Below are positions 19,761 through 30,291 of a stretch of DNA of 64,000 nucleotides, piece by piece (the stretch's first letter is position 1; every line of letters begins with the position of its first letter). Below the pieces are notes generated by a model, which worked only from the letters and a program-made list of their open reading frames with translations, searched no databases and was not told the origin of the DNA. This stretch comes from a virus. Its lineage: Duplodnaviria; Caudoviricetes. The stretch lies in IMG/VR virus record IMGVR_UViG_3300025575_000001, positions 34,997 through 98,996 of that record; one strand, written 5' to 3'. Position numbers and translations under genes: made by a program.

Positions 19761-20796
19761 AAAAAGTATCAAAGATTTAGCTTGGGATGTTACTGAAGAC
19801 ATTTATAGAGCATCCCCAGCTCTTTCTTATTCCACATTAGCCACTTTTGAAAGAGAAGGGGCTAAATGTATTCCTACTCTACGAGATAAAAAAACATCTG
19901 AACCACTTAGGTATGGATCTCTTGTAGATACATTAATGACGGCTCCTGAAGAAATGGAAGATAAGTTCTACATTGCTCAAATAAGTAAACCATCTGAAGC
20001 CATTGCTTCAATTGCTAATTTAGTTTGGGAGCAAAGTGATAAATCAATTAAAACCTTAGCACAATTTCCACAAGAAACCCTTTTAAAAATTGCAAATGAT
20101 CTCAGTTATGGCATGTTTTGGAAAGAAGCCACTCGATTAGATAAAATCATAGGAGAAGGTTCTACTTATTTCAAACAACTCGCATTAGCAGGTAACAAAA
20201 TGATAGTTTCAGATGCTGATTATGCATTAGCTCAATCAAATATTGAAACACTTAAACTTCACAAATTTACAAAAGATTTATTCTACGATAATCCATTTGA
20301 AACAGATATTGAAGCCCACTATCAATTGAAATTTAAAACTTCATTTGAGGGATTAGAAGTACGCATGATGGCAGATAGGATAATTTGCGATCACGCAAGA
20401 AAAATCATTTATCCAATTGATTTAAAAACTACAGGCAAGCCAGAAGAGCATTTTGATGAATCCTTCGTAACTTGGTCTTATTGGATACAAAGTAATATGT
20501 ACTCCCAAATTCTTGAGAAACTAATCTCTGAAGATGAATACTTCAAAGATTTTACAGTTTACTCATTTGAATTTGTATGTATCAATCGTTATGCCAAATC
20601 TCCCCTCATTTGGGTAGACCACAATAACTTGATTACAGGAGATAGATTAGACAATAATGGAATTCGCCATAAGCATTGGAAAACCCTCGCAAAGGAGCTT
20701 AAATGGCATTTAGATAGCGGTATTTACAACTACTCATATGATTCAATGATGAATAACGGAGTAAGAGTACTAAACAGTATAAAAATTATACAATGA
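19753..20796 (+). CDS. PD-(D/E)XK exonuclease (RecE/ExoVIII-like)
   Basis: YRASPALSYS, GSLVD, RMMADRI, IDLKTT, YWIQSNMY. Confidence 0.8.
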   Translation: MIKKSIKDLAWDVTEDIYRASPALSYSTLATFEREGAKCIPTLRDKKTSEPLRYGSLVDTLMTAPEEMEDKFYIAQISKPSEAIASIANLVWEQSDKSIKTLAQFPQETLLKIANDLSYGMFWKEATRLDKIIGEGSTYFKQLALAGNKMIVSDADYALAQSNIETLKLHKFTKDLFYDNPFETDIEAHYQLKFKTSFEGLEVRMMADRIICDHARKIIYPIDLKTTGKPEEHFDESFVTWSYWIQSNMYSQILEKLISEDEYFKDFTVYSFEFVCINRYAKSPLIWVDHNNLITGDRLDNNGIRHKHWKTLAKELKWHLDSGIYNYSYDSMMNNGVRVLNSIKIIQ

Positions 20797-23700
20797 CACA
20801 AGAACTATTGAATTATTTCAATGGAGATACAATGGCTTCCCAAGTTTGGTGGGATAAATATGCTTTACAGGATACAGAAGTAACTCCTGATGATATGCAT
20901 AAACGTTTGGCTAAGGAATATGCTCGAATAGAGGTTAAATATTGTCGATTACCAGAAGAAGATTTTCATTATGAAAAATTGTCTGAATATGGTAAAACTA
21001 GAGCAGATTATCATAGTGCTGTAGGGCAAATGACTGAAAATCCAAAGGATTTAGCTGCATTATCATATGTAGAGCAATTTGAAAAAGATATTTATAACCT
21101 ATTCAAAGATTTCAAATACATCATTCCCGCAGGTTCAGTAATGGCCAATTTAGGTAAAGACACGCCAACCAGTTTAAGCAATTGCTTTGTTTTAGGTCAA
21201 CCTAAGGATAATATTGAAAGTATATTTAATTATTCTAGAGATTCTGCACAACTATTTAAACGTAGAGGTGGAGTAGGAATTGATTTGTCTCTCCTTCGCC
21301 CTAATGGAGCTGGAGTTAAGAATGCATCAAATAGTTCTACAGGACCTATATCTTTTATGAATATATATGATGCAACTACTAAAACGATTGGACAAGATGG
21401 TAGAAGAGCTGCATTAATGCTTTCATTAGATATTAGACATCCAGATTCACCTGAATTTGTTAGATGTAAGGAGGATAAATCTAAAATTACAGCCGCTAAT
21501 ATTTCATTAAAAATTGGTAAAGATTTTATGGAAGCGGTTGCTAAGGATGAAGATTTTATTCTTAGGTTTCCTGTAGAACAAGATTTATCTTATTTTTCAG
21601 AAAATTATTTGGAATGTCCTTATAATACAATGATTTATTTAGAAGACCATAAAAGAAATAATGAAGTTTTCTATATCAAAAGAATTAAAGCAAAAGAACT
21701 TTGGAACAGTATTTGTCAACATGCTCATGATGATGCAGAACCAGGGATTATATTTGAAGATAACCATCTTGAATATGATCCTGCCGCAGTATACCCTGAT
21801 TATAAACCAGTTACAACCAATCCATGTGGTGAAATCTTCATGGGTCCAAAGGACTCTTGTCGACTAAGTGCAATCAATTTATATTCATTTGTAGATCAAC
21901 CCTTTAGTAAAACTCCATCAATTGATTTTGAAAAACTCTACGAAGTCTCATATGAACAATTAGTTCTATCAGATGATTTAGTAGATTTAGAAATTGAAGC
22001 AATTGATAGGATTTTAGATAAGATTAATCCTACTTATTTGAATGAATTTGTAAGATATAATGAAGTTGCAAAACATCTATTTACGAAACAACAATCAGAG
22101 GAATTCAAGCTCTGGTGGGAAATTAGGGAAAACGGTAGAAAAGGTAGACGAGTAGGTAATGGTTTTACAGCTCTTGGAGATATGATTGCAGCAATGAATT
22201 TGAAATATGGTTCTGATGAATCATTAGAATTAATTCAATCTGTTTTACATACAAAAATGCAAGCAGAATTAGATGCTTCTATTGATTTAGCTATTCTTAG
22301 AGGTTCTTTTGATGGATTTAATCCAGATTTAGAATATATTTCTACTCAAAAGATGGGGGGTGTATCTATTTCAGGAACAAATACATTCTATGATACAATC
22401 TATCAAATGTTCCTAACACAAGTAGATAGAATGCGTCAATATGGAAGGAGAAATATTTCAATTTCAACTGTTGCTCCAACGGGTACCGTAAACAACCTTG
22501 CGGCATAATAAAGTAATTTATTATGAGAATCGGATGAATTGCTGGAAAGCTAAAATTAATTAAATTATTTATTTAAACACTAGGAATTGTCGATTATTTA
22601 TTGTACCTTTGCGGAATTGAACCCGTAAAAATTAAAAAAATGAGTAAAAGAAAACATTTTCCTATTGTTGGAACAAGATTTGGAGAATTTACAGTTATTG
22701 ATGAAGAACTTGTAAAATCTAAAGATGCAAAAATACTTTATCATGTAAAGTGTTCTTGTGGAAAAGAACAATTTGTCAGAGCTTATTTCTTAGAAGTAGG
22801 TAGACAAACTTGTTGTAAAGAATGTAGAAGTAAAATAAATTATGAAAAAGCGATAAAAAATGGAACTAGTATTGGTTTTATAAAATTACACCATGAAGGT
22901 ATTGGTAATTTTACAAAAACAGCATATAATCATTTTAAAAGAAATGCTAAAAGAAGAGATATAGAGTGGTCTAAAGATTTAACTCTTGAGTTCTTATATA
23001 ATTTATTATTAAATCAAAATAGAAAATGTGCTCTTTCTGGTGTAGATATTGATCTAACCGAGTTTAGAAAGGGTAGTAATGTAAATTTTGAATTTATGAC
23101 TGCATCTTTAGATAGAATTGATTCTTCTAAAGACTATAACCCAACAAATGTTCAATGGGTACACAAAGATGTAAATAGAATGAAATGGGCACTTGACCAA
23201 GACTATTTTATTTAGATGTGTGCTAAAATAATTAATCATGCTAATCAGCAGCCAAGTTAGGAATAAATTCCTAAACGGTTCAGAGACTACCTGAGCAGTA
23301 AATCTGCTTAATAACAGGAAGTAGTATAGTTTAGTCACTATATGAAAAAGAGTCCGATACCCTAGTAATAGGGTAGTGATATAGTCCACACTTATATGAA
23401 AATATAAGATAATGTGAAGTTTATTAACACAAACTACTTCAGGAATTGAACCTCTATTCAAAGCTGTCTATAAAAGGAGAGTTAAAGTAGAAGAGGGGGC
23501 TTATGATTTCAAAGCTGAAGATGGTCAACTCTTTAAAGAGTATTTAGTAGTACATCCCAAATTGGCTGATTTTGCAGCAAATAGTCTTGGATATCTAAAA
23601 GAAGTCATTGCTAAATTCACAGAAGATGATTGGAACAATATTTATAAGCAATCTCCTTATTTTGAAAGTACAGCTAATGATATCTCTTGGAAAGATAGGA

Positions 23701-24431
23701 TAGACTTACAAGCATTAGTTCAACAATATACCACTCACTCCATTAGTTCTACGATTAATCTCCCCAAAGGTACAAAAGTAGAAGAAGTAGATCAATTATA
23801 CCGATATGCCAATGAAAAGAATTTAAAAGGTATTACAGTCTATGTTGATGAATCAAGGGAAGGAATATTAGTTACTAATAACCCAAATAAAGGCTTATGG
23901 AAGGCCACAGAGGGACGTAGAGCACCTGAGAGACCTAAAGTATTATCAGCTAAATTAACCCCCGTTAAATCAAAGGGAATTAACTATGCAGTAATTGTAG
24001 GATTCTTAGAAGGTAAACCATATGAAGTATTTGCATATGAATTAGATACTGAAGAAAAGGCTTGTGAAGGTCATGTGATTAAAATAAAAAGAGGAGTTTA
24101 CAATTTCGTATCTCCCACTTATACAGTATCAAATCTTCAATTAGCTGCAGAAAAGGTAGAAGAAAAGGCTTGTACACTATACACATCAATGCTTCTTAGA
24201 GAAGGTGCTGAAATTAATCACATCATCAAAACAGCTAAAAAGGTTAATGAAAACATTAGTTCCTTTAGTTCAGCAATGTGTAGAGTATTAGCCAAATATG
24301 CTCCAAAAGAATACAGTAGAGATCTTTGTCCCAAATGTGGACAACCACTCAAGCATGAAAACGGTTGTATCAAGTGTGATTCTTGTACTTACAGTGCGTG
24401 CTTCTTAATGTATAAACATAAAACAATTTAA
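20793..24431 (+). CDS. nrdJ: class II (B12-dependent) ribonucleotide reductase, spliced: join(20793..22489,23417..24431), 903 aa
   Basis: SLSNCFV, RRGGVG, TNPCGEI, CRL. Splicing restores TVAPTGTV-SLLTQTTSGIEP. C-terminal TSCPD-like domain and CPKCG..GC..CDSC zinc ribbon. No small-subunit gene is adjacent. Confidence 0.9.
22604..22611 (+). promoter_or_regulatory. putative Bacteroidota -7 promoter element for the intron endonuclease
   Basis: TACCTTTG is an exact TAnnTTTG match, 28 nt upstream of ATG 22640. Confidence 0.6.
22640..23266 (+). CDS. intron-encoded HNH-like homing endonuclease, 208 aa when TAG is read as Gln
   Basis: CSCGK..CCKEC, CALSG, ASLDRIDSSKDY, NVQWVHKDVNRMK. The TAG at 23213 interrupts the C-terminal helix DQDYFI*MCAKI. 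A second TAG is at 23258 and TAA at 23264. Confidence 0.85.
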
Positions 24432-24433
24432 AA

Positions 24434-24988
24434 ATGATAGGATCAATAATAGTCATCGTAATTCTTATAGGCGTATATGGTAAATTCATGGCTAATCATA
24501 TTACTAAGGTAATGAAAGAAGAATTTCAGTATCATCTTGGTTTAGTCAAGAAAGATACTAACTTATTTCAAGATACCATATCTTTTAAAACCAGTTATTT
24601 AAAAGGAGATTCACAACTTCCTGTTTTACAACTTAAAGTAGAGGGCAGACTCTGTAATCTACTTTTAGACACAGGGGCTAATCTCAACATTTTAAATGAA
24701 TCTGTTTTTAATGAAATCAATATTAACAATAAAATAGAAGTAATCAAATGTAAGGATAACATCATTTTTGGTGGTGGATCTGAAGAACAAATAGGAACAG
24801 CTAAATTAAAATTCTCATATCAAAGAGTCAAATTTAATGATGATTTTGATATTATTGATGTCAGTAAAGCCTTCAATGAATTTCATGAAAAAACTGGAGT
24901 TCTTATCGATGGTATTTTAGGAAATCAATTCTTTAAAACAAATCAATGGAGTCTCGACTTCGATAAAATGGTAGTATGGGTGAAATAA
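24434..24988 (+). CDS. membrane-anchored retropepsin-like aspartic protease
   Basis: N-terminal TM segment, LLLDTGAN, IDGILG. Confidence 0.85.
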   Translation: MIGSIIVIVILIGVYGKFMANHITKVMKEEFQYHLGLVKKDTNLFQDTISFKTSYLKGDSQLPVLQLKVEGRLCNLLLDTGANLNILNESVFNEININNKIEVIKCKDNIIFGGGSEEQIGTAKLKFSYQRVKFNDDFDIIDVSKAFNEFHEKTGVLIDGILGNQFFKTNQWSLDFDKMVVWVK

Positions 24989-25242
24989 TTAAATTAAAAT
25001 CAAGGTATTCTAATGTCAAGTCTATATTGAAACAGATGATTCCTTTGAATTCTGACAATGAGAATACTTTTAAACTTGTTACAGATGCTCAATCAGTCAG
25101 ATGTGGTTATATGGAAGATGGCTCATTTTGGATTGATCCAGAAGGGGGACCAATGCTTCAAAAAGGAAATACAATTGAAGGAAGAGTGATTAAAAATATC
25201 ACTCATTCTTATGAAGTAGGCTACATAATTACTTTTGAATAA
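24976..25242 (+). CDS. hypothetical protein
   Basis: 88 aa ORF containing IDPEGGPML. Confidence 0.7.
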   Translation: MGEIIKLKSRYSNVKSILKQMIPLNSDNENTFKLVTDAQSVRCGYMEDGSFWIDPEGGPMLQKGNTIEGRVIKNITHSYEVGYIITFE

Positions 25243-27153
25243 ATGCTTACAGAAGTTTATGATTTAGAAACAATCATAAATCTTTTTACTTATACTGGAT
25301 ACTGTTTACAAGATAAACAATATTATCAATTTGTTATACATGATTCTGTCAATCAATTAGAAGAGTTAGTTGCTCATCTGAAAAGACCTCAACTAGTACA
25401 AGTAGGATTCAATAATGAAAACTTTGATTATCCACTTATACATCACATTCTCTCTAATTATGAACGGCTACAATATCTCACAGGCTCTGAAATAGCTGCT
25501 GAACTCTATGAAGAGGCTCAGCGGTTAATCAGAGGTGAGGAATACAATGTAGTCCCTGATAGGAAGAAATATATATCACAAATTGATTTATTTTTGATTT
25601 GGCATTATAACAATGCTGCTAGAAGAACAAGTCTAAAAGATTTAGAATTTGCTATGAATATGCAAAATATTGAAGAAATGCCTATAGCACACAATCAATA
25701 TTGCCGATGGGAAGACATATCAAGTGTACTCTTGTACAATAAAAATGATGTAGAAGCGACTGTTTTATTCCTAGAGGCAACTCTTGGACAAACAGATTAC
25801 TCACTGTACAAAAAGAAGAATAAACTCGCTTTAAGATTTCAATTAGCTAAAAAATTCAATATTCCCTGCAACAATTATCCTGATGTCAAAATTGGTGAAC
25901 AATTAATGCTTCAACTCTATTCAAGAGCAACTGAAAAGAATCCTTGGGATGTTAAGAAATTAAGAACTCCTAGAGAATCAGTTGATTTAAAAGACTGCAT
26001 CCCACCTTGGTGTCAAATAAGATCAAAAGAATTTAATCGATTCTTAGAACTCATCAAAAACACTAAAGTAAAAGGAGATAAAAAGGAATTTGCACATTCA
26101 ATCATCTTTCATGGAATCTCATTTGATTTTGGTTTAGGTGGAAGTCATGGATGTATCAACTCAGGAATATATAAATCTGATGAATCTGGAGTCATTTTAG
26201 ACTTAGATGTGTCATCTCTATATCCCTCAGTAGCAAAATCATTAAATGCATTTCCTGCACACTTAGGAATTGAATTTATGGATTTGTATAGTCAATTTAT
26301 TGAAGCTAGACTTGCTGAGAAGAAGAAACCTAAAGGAGAAAGAGATGAAGTACTAATTGAAGGATACAAATTGATTTTAAATGGCACATATGGTAAGTCT
26401 GGTGAAGACACTTCATTCCTATTTGATAAACTCTACACATACAAAACAACTATTGCTGGTCAATTGTTCATATGTATGTGGGCAGAACGAATGGTTGAAG
26501 TTTGTCCTGAGTTACAGTTTATTCAAATTAACACTGATGGTATAACCATTAAACTCCCTAAAGAAAAGATTCCTCTTATCATGGAAGTATGTACACAATT
26601 GACCAAAGAGACTACTCTTGAAGTTGAAGATGCTTACTATAGTCAAATGGTTATTAGGGATGTCAATAATTATATGGCTCAATATTCTGATGATATTGAA
26701 CATATCAAATATAAAGGCTGTTTTGAAATTGACAAGGAATACCACAAAGACAATTCAATGCGAATTGTTCCTATTGCTTTAAAGAATTATTTCATCAACA
26801 ACACACCCATTTCAGACACAATTAGAACTCATAAAAACATATATGACTTCTGTATTAGATTAAAATGCAATCACTCCAGTAAAGCTTTATACAGCTATTT
26901 AGATGAAGATGACCGAGTTAAAGACTTAATTCTCTCTCGTACAACTAGATATTTCATTAGCAAAAAAGGTGGTGCATTGAGTATTTATTATAATGGTGCA
27001 ACTAATCCTAATAAAGTAAACAAGGGTTACACAGTTACTCTATTCAATAATTTTGTTGAACGAGAGGACTACAACATCAACTACAAATTCTATGAGATTG
27101 AAACTAACAAAATCATAGATACAATTGTAGATAATCAATTAAATATGTTTTAA
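25243..27153 (+). CDS. polB: DNA polymerase, family B
   Basis: Exonuclease motifs YDLE, GFNNENFDYP, YNKNDV; polymerase motifs DVSSLYPS, KLILNGTYGK, NTDG. Confidence 0.93.
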   Translation: MLTEVYDLETIINLFTYTGYCLQDKQYYQFVIHDSVNQLEELVAHLKRPQLVQVGFNNENFDYPLIHHILSNYERLQYLTGSEIAAELYEEAQRLIRGEEYNVVPDRKKYISQIDLFLIWHYNNAARRTSLKDLEFAMNMQNIEEMPIAHNQYCRWEDISSVLLYNKNDVEATVLFLEATLGQTDYSLYKKKNKLALRFQLAKKFNIPCNNYPDVKIGEQLMLQLYSRATEKNPWDVKKLRTPRESVDLKDCIPPWCQIRSKEFNRFLELIKNTKVKGDKKEFAHSIIFHGISFDFGLGGSHGCINSGIYKSDESGVILDLDVSSLYPSVAKSLNAFPAHLGIEFMDLYSQFIEARLAEKKKPKGERDEVLIEGYKLILNGTYGKSGEDTSFLFDKLYTYKTTIAGQLFICMWAERMVEVCPELQFIQINTDGITIKLPKEKIPLIMEVCTQLTKETTLEVEDAYYSQMVIRDVNNYMAQYSDDIEHIKYKGCFEIDKEYHKDNSMRIVPIALKNYFINNTPISDTIRTHKNIYDFCIRLKCNHSSKALYSYLDEDDRVKDLILSRTTRYFISKKGGALSIYYNGATNPNKVNKGYTVTLFNNFVEREDYNINYKFYEIETNKIIDTIVDNQLNMF

Positions 27154-27444
27154 ATGTCTGAAGAAAAATCTATAAGATACAATGAAGGTAAACCAAAGTG
27201 GGGTTATGTCCACTTTGAATCCCTTGTACCAATGATTCGTGTACTTGAATTTGGAGCCAAAAAATATGAGCCAGATAACTGGAAAAAAGGATTAGATTTA
27301 AAAGAAATCCTTGAGTCACTTCAACGGCATCTCGCTAAACTTATGGACGGTGAGGAGAATGATGAAGAAACTGGGATTTCACATATGGGCCACATTCAAT
27401 GTAATGCGATGTTTTATAATTACCATAAAAATAAACAAAAATAA
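27154..27444 (+). CDS. dATP/dGTP diphosphohydrolase-domain protein (DUF5664-like)
   Basis: RYNEGKPKW, VLEFGAKKYEPDNWKKG, SLQRH, DEETGISHMGHIQCNAMF. Confidence 0.85.
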   Translation: MSEEKSIRYNEGKPKWGYVHFESLVPMIRVLEFGAKKYEPDNWKKGLDLKEILESLQRHLAKLMDGEENDEETGISHMGHIQCNAMFYNYHKNKQK

Positions 27445-27447
27445 CAA

Positions 27448-27921
27448 ATGCAAACACAATTAGTAATTCTAGTTGGCCCTCCAGGAACAGGAAAAAGTCA
27501 TTATGCCTATAAAACTGCTAAAAAGAATCCCTTAAAATGGATTGTAATTAGTCGTGATGGTATTAGACGTTCTCTTGGAGACAAAAAATCACATCTAATA
27601 TTTAAACAAGACAAGGAAGAAATCCTATCGTCTATTGAATTTGATGCAATTGTAACATCTCTTTCCTCTGGGTTTTCTGTAATTGCTGATATATCTAACA
27701 ATGGTTATAAAGGACAATTTGATGGTATCCCAGACATCATTTGTCCTTATCAAGTATCTATTCAGATTAAGTATTTCAAATGCTCAATCTGGTTAGCTAC
27801 CTTGAGAGATCTGTGGAGAAGAATTAAAGGAGGTCATATGGTTGGTTATCAAAGAATTAAACGACTACACAATCAATTTTACATTCCTAAAGATTATAGA
27901 AACGACTATGGAAATAATTAA
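27448..27921 (+). CDS. P-loop kinase (AAA_33, polynucleotide kinase-like)
   Basis: GPPGTGKS, ISRDGIR, VIADISN. Confidence 0.75.
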   Translation: MQTQLVILVGPPGTGKSHYAYKTAKKNPLKWIVISRDGIRRSLGDKKSHLIFKQDKEEILSSIEFDAIVTSLSSGFSVIADISNNGYKGQFDGIPDIICPYQVSIQIKYFKCSIWLATLRDLWRRIKGGHMVGYQRIKRLHNQFYIPKDYRNDYGNN

Positions 27922-28090
27922 AGATTCAGTAATCAGTATTCACATTTCTGGTGATAAAGAAATTAACACATTTCAATCTATTGTTGAAAAAACATTTTCA
28001 CAAAATAGAATGATGGGGTTTAATCGAAACAAACTCACAACAGAAGAGAGTGATTTTTTAGAACAAATATACCAAAATATTAGAAAATGA
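27908..28090 (+). CDS. small hypothetical protein
   Basis: ATG at 27908; coupled to its neighbours. Confidence 0.5.
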   Translation: MEIIKDSVISIHISGDKEINTFQSIVEKTFSQNRMMGFNRNKLTTEESDFLEQIYQNIRK

Positions 28091-29031
28091 AATTAATAAA
28101 ACCTTCTGTTGAAGTAATCAAACAAATAGAGAATCATGATATTTATAAACACATAGCAACTTGTTATGCCTTTATACACAATATCAAAGTCCCTGAGACA
28201 TTAAAGGAATGCAGAAAAATTGTAGATACTTTAGAAATAAACAATGATGTAAACATGCTTTGTCATAGTGCTGTATATTTGACTCTACCCCTTACTGAAT
28301 TCTATGTTGATAAATACAGTGACGAAAATAAGTGTGATGCATATGAAGATCTTCTTGCTAAGAAACTACATGTAACAACTACTTATGATTACATCTTTGA
28401 GAATAACTATTTTAATGATTTACAATACCTTAATTCTCAACCAGTTATACATGAAAAGATGATTACCGTCAAATTTGTTTTAGACAAATTGGGTAGACAA
28501 TCTCTTCAACAACTTGGAGATGCATTTTCAATCACTCATGGAAATAGTTTTAACTTCAACTATGGTAAGAAAAGAAATAATACTCAAATCTCATTTCTTA
28601 TACCCTCTTATCTGAATTTAGAACCAGGATGTTATATGCCTACTAAATTAGAGGATAAAACTGTTTTTAGACATACTGCTACAGGTAATGTACACAAATT
28701 GATTACAGACAATCTAGGAGTAAGCCCTGAGATGTTTAAAACATTTAGTTGTGATGAACAATTAGACCATACAAAATACATTAAAGAAGCAAATGTAATC
28801 CATTCATTTTTGACAAGGCGTTTTGAGAATGAACAAGAAGTCTACAAACTCATTGATAATAAGCAATTTACACCTAAATCATATAGGAATATAATGACTT
28901 ATTTTGGTGAGGAACATGCACTTGTTACAGCATCTCATTATGCTTGGACAACATTTATGAATAAAAGAATGGATCTACTTATTGGACCAAATACTAAAAA
29001 ATTATTTACAGAAATACAGCATCAATTATGA
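28087..29031 (+). CDS. degenerate ThyX-like protein
   Basis: MKLIKPSVE, IYKHI, HSAVYL, HEKMITVKF and NYGK resemble Bacteroidota-phage ThyX, but the RHRxxS..ESxRY motif is absent. Confidence 0.6.
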   Translation: MKLIKPSVEVIKQIENHDIYKHIATCYAFIHNIKVPETLKECRKIVDTLEINNDVNMLCHSAVYLTLPLTEFYVDKYSDENKCDAYEDLLAKKLHVTTTYDYIFENNYFNDLQYLNSQPVIHEKMITVKFVLDKLGRQSLQQLGDAFSITHGNSFNFNYGKKRNNTQISFLIPSYLNLEPGCYMPTKLEDKTVFRHTATGNVHKLITDNLGVSPEMFKTFSCDEQLDHTKYIKEANVIHSFLTRRFENEQEVYKLIDNKQFTPKSYRNIMTYFGEEHALVTASHYAWTTFMNKRMDLLIGPNTKKLFTEIQHQL

Positions 29032-29204
29032 ATATAAACTTTTTTAATGAAAAAAATCTACTTAAAACTAAAAATACAAAAAGAGAAGTAGTTCCTATGA
29101 GAGGAGATTTAATCTCCTTTGTTAGAGATGTATATTATGTTGTTGTTTCAATTGAATATCATTATGAAAATGAAATCATAATCATTAGATTAGACAAAGT
29201 ATGA
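29028..29204 (+). CDS. small hypothetical protein (58 aa, below the track cutoff)
   Basis: ATGA overlaps at both ends; contains VVPMRGDLI. Confidence 0.6.
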   Translation: MNINFFNEKNLLKTKNTKREVVPMRGDLISFVRDVYYVVVSIEYHYENEIIIIRLDKV

Positions 29205-29962
29205 AAATATTAATTATAGGAGATGTGCATGGAGAAGATATAATTTGGAATTTAGCTGATTTAAATCTTCTTCAAGCATTCCCATATTTGGACACAGATT
29301 TTGACTATTATATCTTCTTAGGAGACTATGTTGATTCCCATGTAATACATGCACCAAAAATAATTGAGAATCTTGAAAAGATTATTCAATTAAAAAGGAA
29401 TTATCCTGACAAAGTAATTACTCTTATGGGAAATCATGATTTGTCTTATATGTTTGGTCATGATAAATTCCCATGTTCAGGACAAAATGTTCAATATGGT
29501 AGTTTTATCTCTAAACTTTTAACAGACAATAAGGACATATTTCAACCTCTTTTCTATATTGATAATCTACTATTTTCTCATGCTGGAATTTCAAATAGAT
29601 GGTTAAAGGAATTTAATCAACAATTTGGTATTACAGATGGTAAATTACATCCTAATGCAATCTCAGAATCTTATTACAAAGCTGTTTCAGAAAAACCAAT
29701 GGACATATATTCTGCCATTTTTGATGTAGGTATGTTAAGAGGAGGAGATAGTCTCGTAGGAGGTCCATTTTGGGCTGATTTTAAAGAAACTGTAATAGAT
29801 ATAGTACCTGATTGGCATCAAGTAGTAGGACATACACCTGTAAAAAAGATCCAAACTGTTCAATATTGCAAAGACGATATTGACATGGGATCAATCACAT
29901 ATATAAACACTATCCCAGCTACAACGAAGGTTAGTGAAATCGCTTATGCTTTGGAAGTATAA
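29201..29962 (+). CDS. calcineurin-like metallophosphoesterase
   Basis: GDVHG, GDYVD, GNHD, SHAG, GHT. Confidence 0.92.
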   Translation: MKILIIGDVHGEDIIWNLADLNLLQAFPYLDTDFDYYIFLGDYVDSHVIHAPKIIENLEKIIQLKRNYPDKVITLMGNHDLSYMFGHDKFPCSGQNVQYGSFISKLLTDNKDIFQPLFYIDNLLFSHAGISNRWLKEFNQQFGITDGKLHPNAISESYYKAVSEKPMDIYSAIFDVGMLRGGDSLVGGPFWADFKETVIDIVPDWHQVVGHTPVKKIQTVQYCKDDIDMGSITYINTIPATTKVSEIAYALEV

Positions 29963-30000
29963 CAATCGTTATCAGTTTTATTAAGGGTTTTACTGGTAAC

Positions 30001-30043
30001 AAAAAGAGGGGAGTCACATTTAATTGTGCTCCCCTTACTTTTT
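30001..30043. terminator. intrinsic terminator, probably bidirectional
   Basis: A-tract, GGGGAG-tCACA...TGTG-CTCCCC stem, then T-tract. Confidence 0.7.
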
Positions 30044-30057
30044 AAAAATTAATTAAA

Positions 30058-30291
30058 ATGAAAAAATCAAATTGTAAAACAAAATCATCTACAGTTCATT
30101 ATATATACGGCAATTTAAATGTTGAAGACTGTATGTTTGCATTTATAGAATATACTAGAGAAAAAATGTGGACTGTATCTTTTAATCCTTTATTTCCACG
30201 TACTTATTTTAGAGGTGGAATAAATGGTGGTATAGAACGCATTACCTTTCAAAAATTATGGGAAGAATTCTCAACTAATACAGAAATATAA
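30058..30291 (+). CDS. hypothetical protein between two terminators
   Basis: 77 aa ORF. Confidence 0.55.
   Translation: MKKSNCKTKSSTVHYIYGNLNVEDCMFAFIEYTREKMWTVSFNPLFPRTYFRGGINGGIERITFQKLWEEFSTNTEI

Larger units (their letters stand above)
22490..23416 (+). mobile_element. group I intron in nrdJ
   Basis: The 5' exon ends CCGT and pairs with GCGG through a U.G pair. Core elements are GAATTGCTGGAA, AATCAGCAGCC, GGTTCAGAGACTA and GATATAGTCC. The terminal G is at 23416, and removal restores the frame. Confidence 0.92.

Noticed and set aside
22601-22639. Track start (TTG 22601) for the nrdJ intron endonuclease
   Set aside because: It overlaps the promoter -7 element; ATG 22640 has the A-rich context typical of starts here.
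12966-23416. Inteins or simple gene splits in the GATase and nrdJ
   Set aside because: The inserts contain stops and shift frame, and they show group I P1, core and terminal G features.
4991-27701. Shadow ORFs such as 4991-5173, 5855-6109, 6493-6795, 7293-7766, 8796-9164, 23108-23461 and 26512-26745
   Set aside because: They lie antisense to or out of frame with well-supported genes and have no recognisable motifs.
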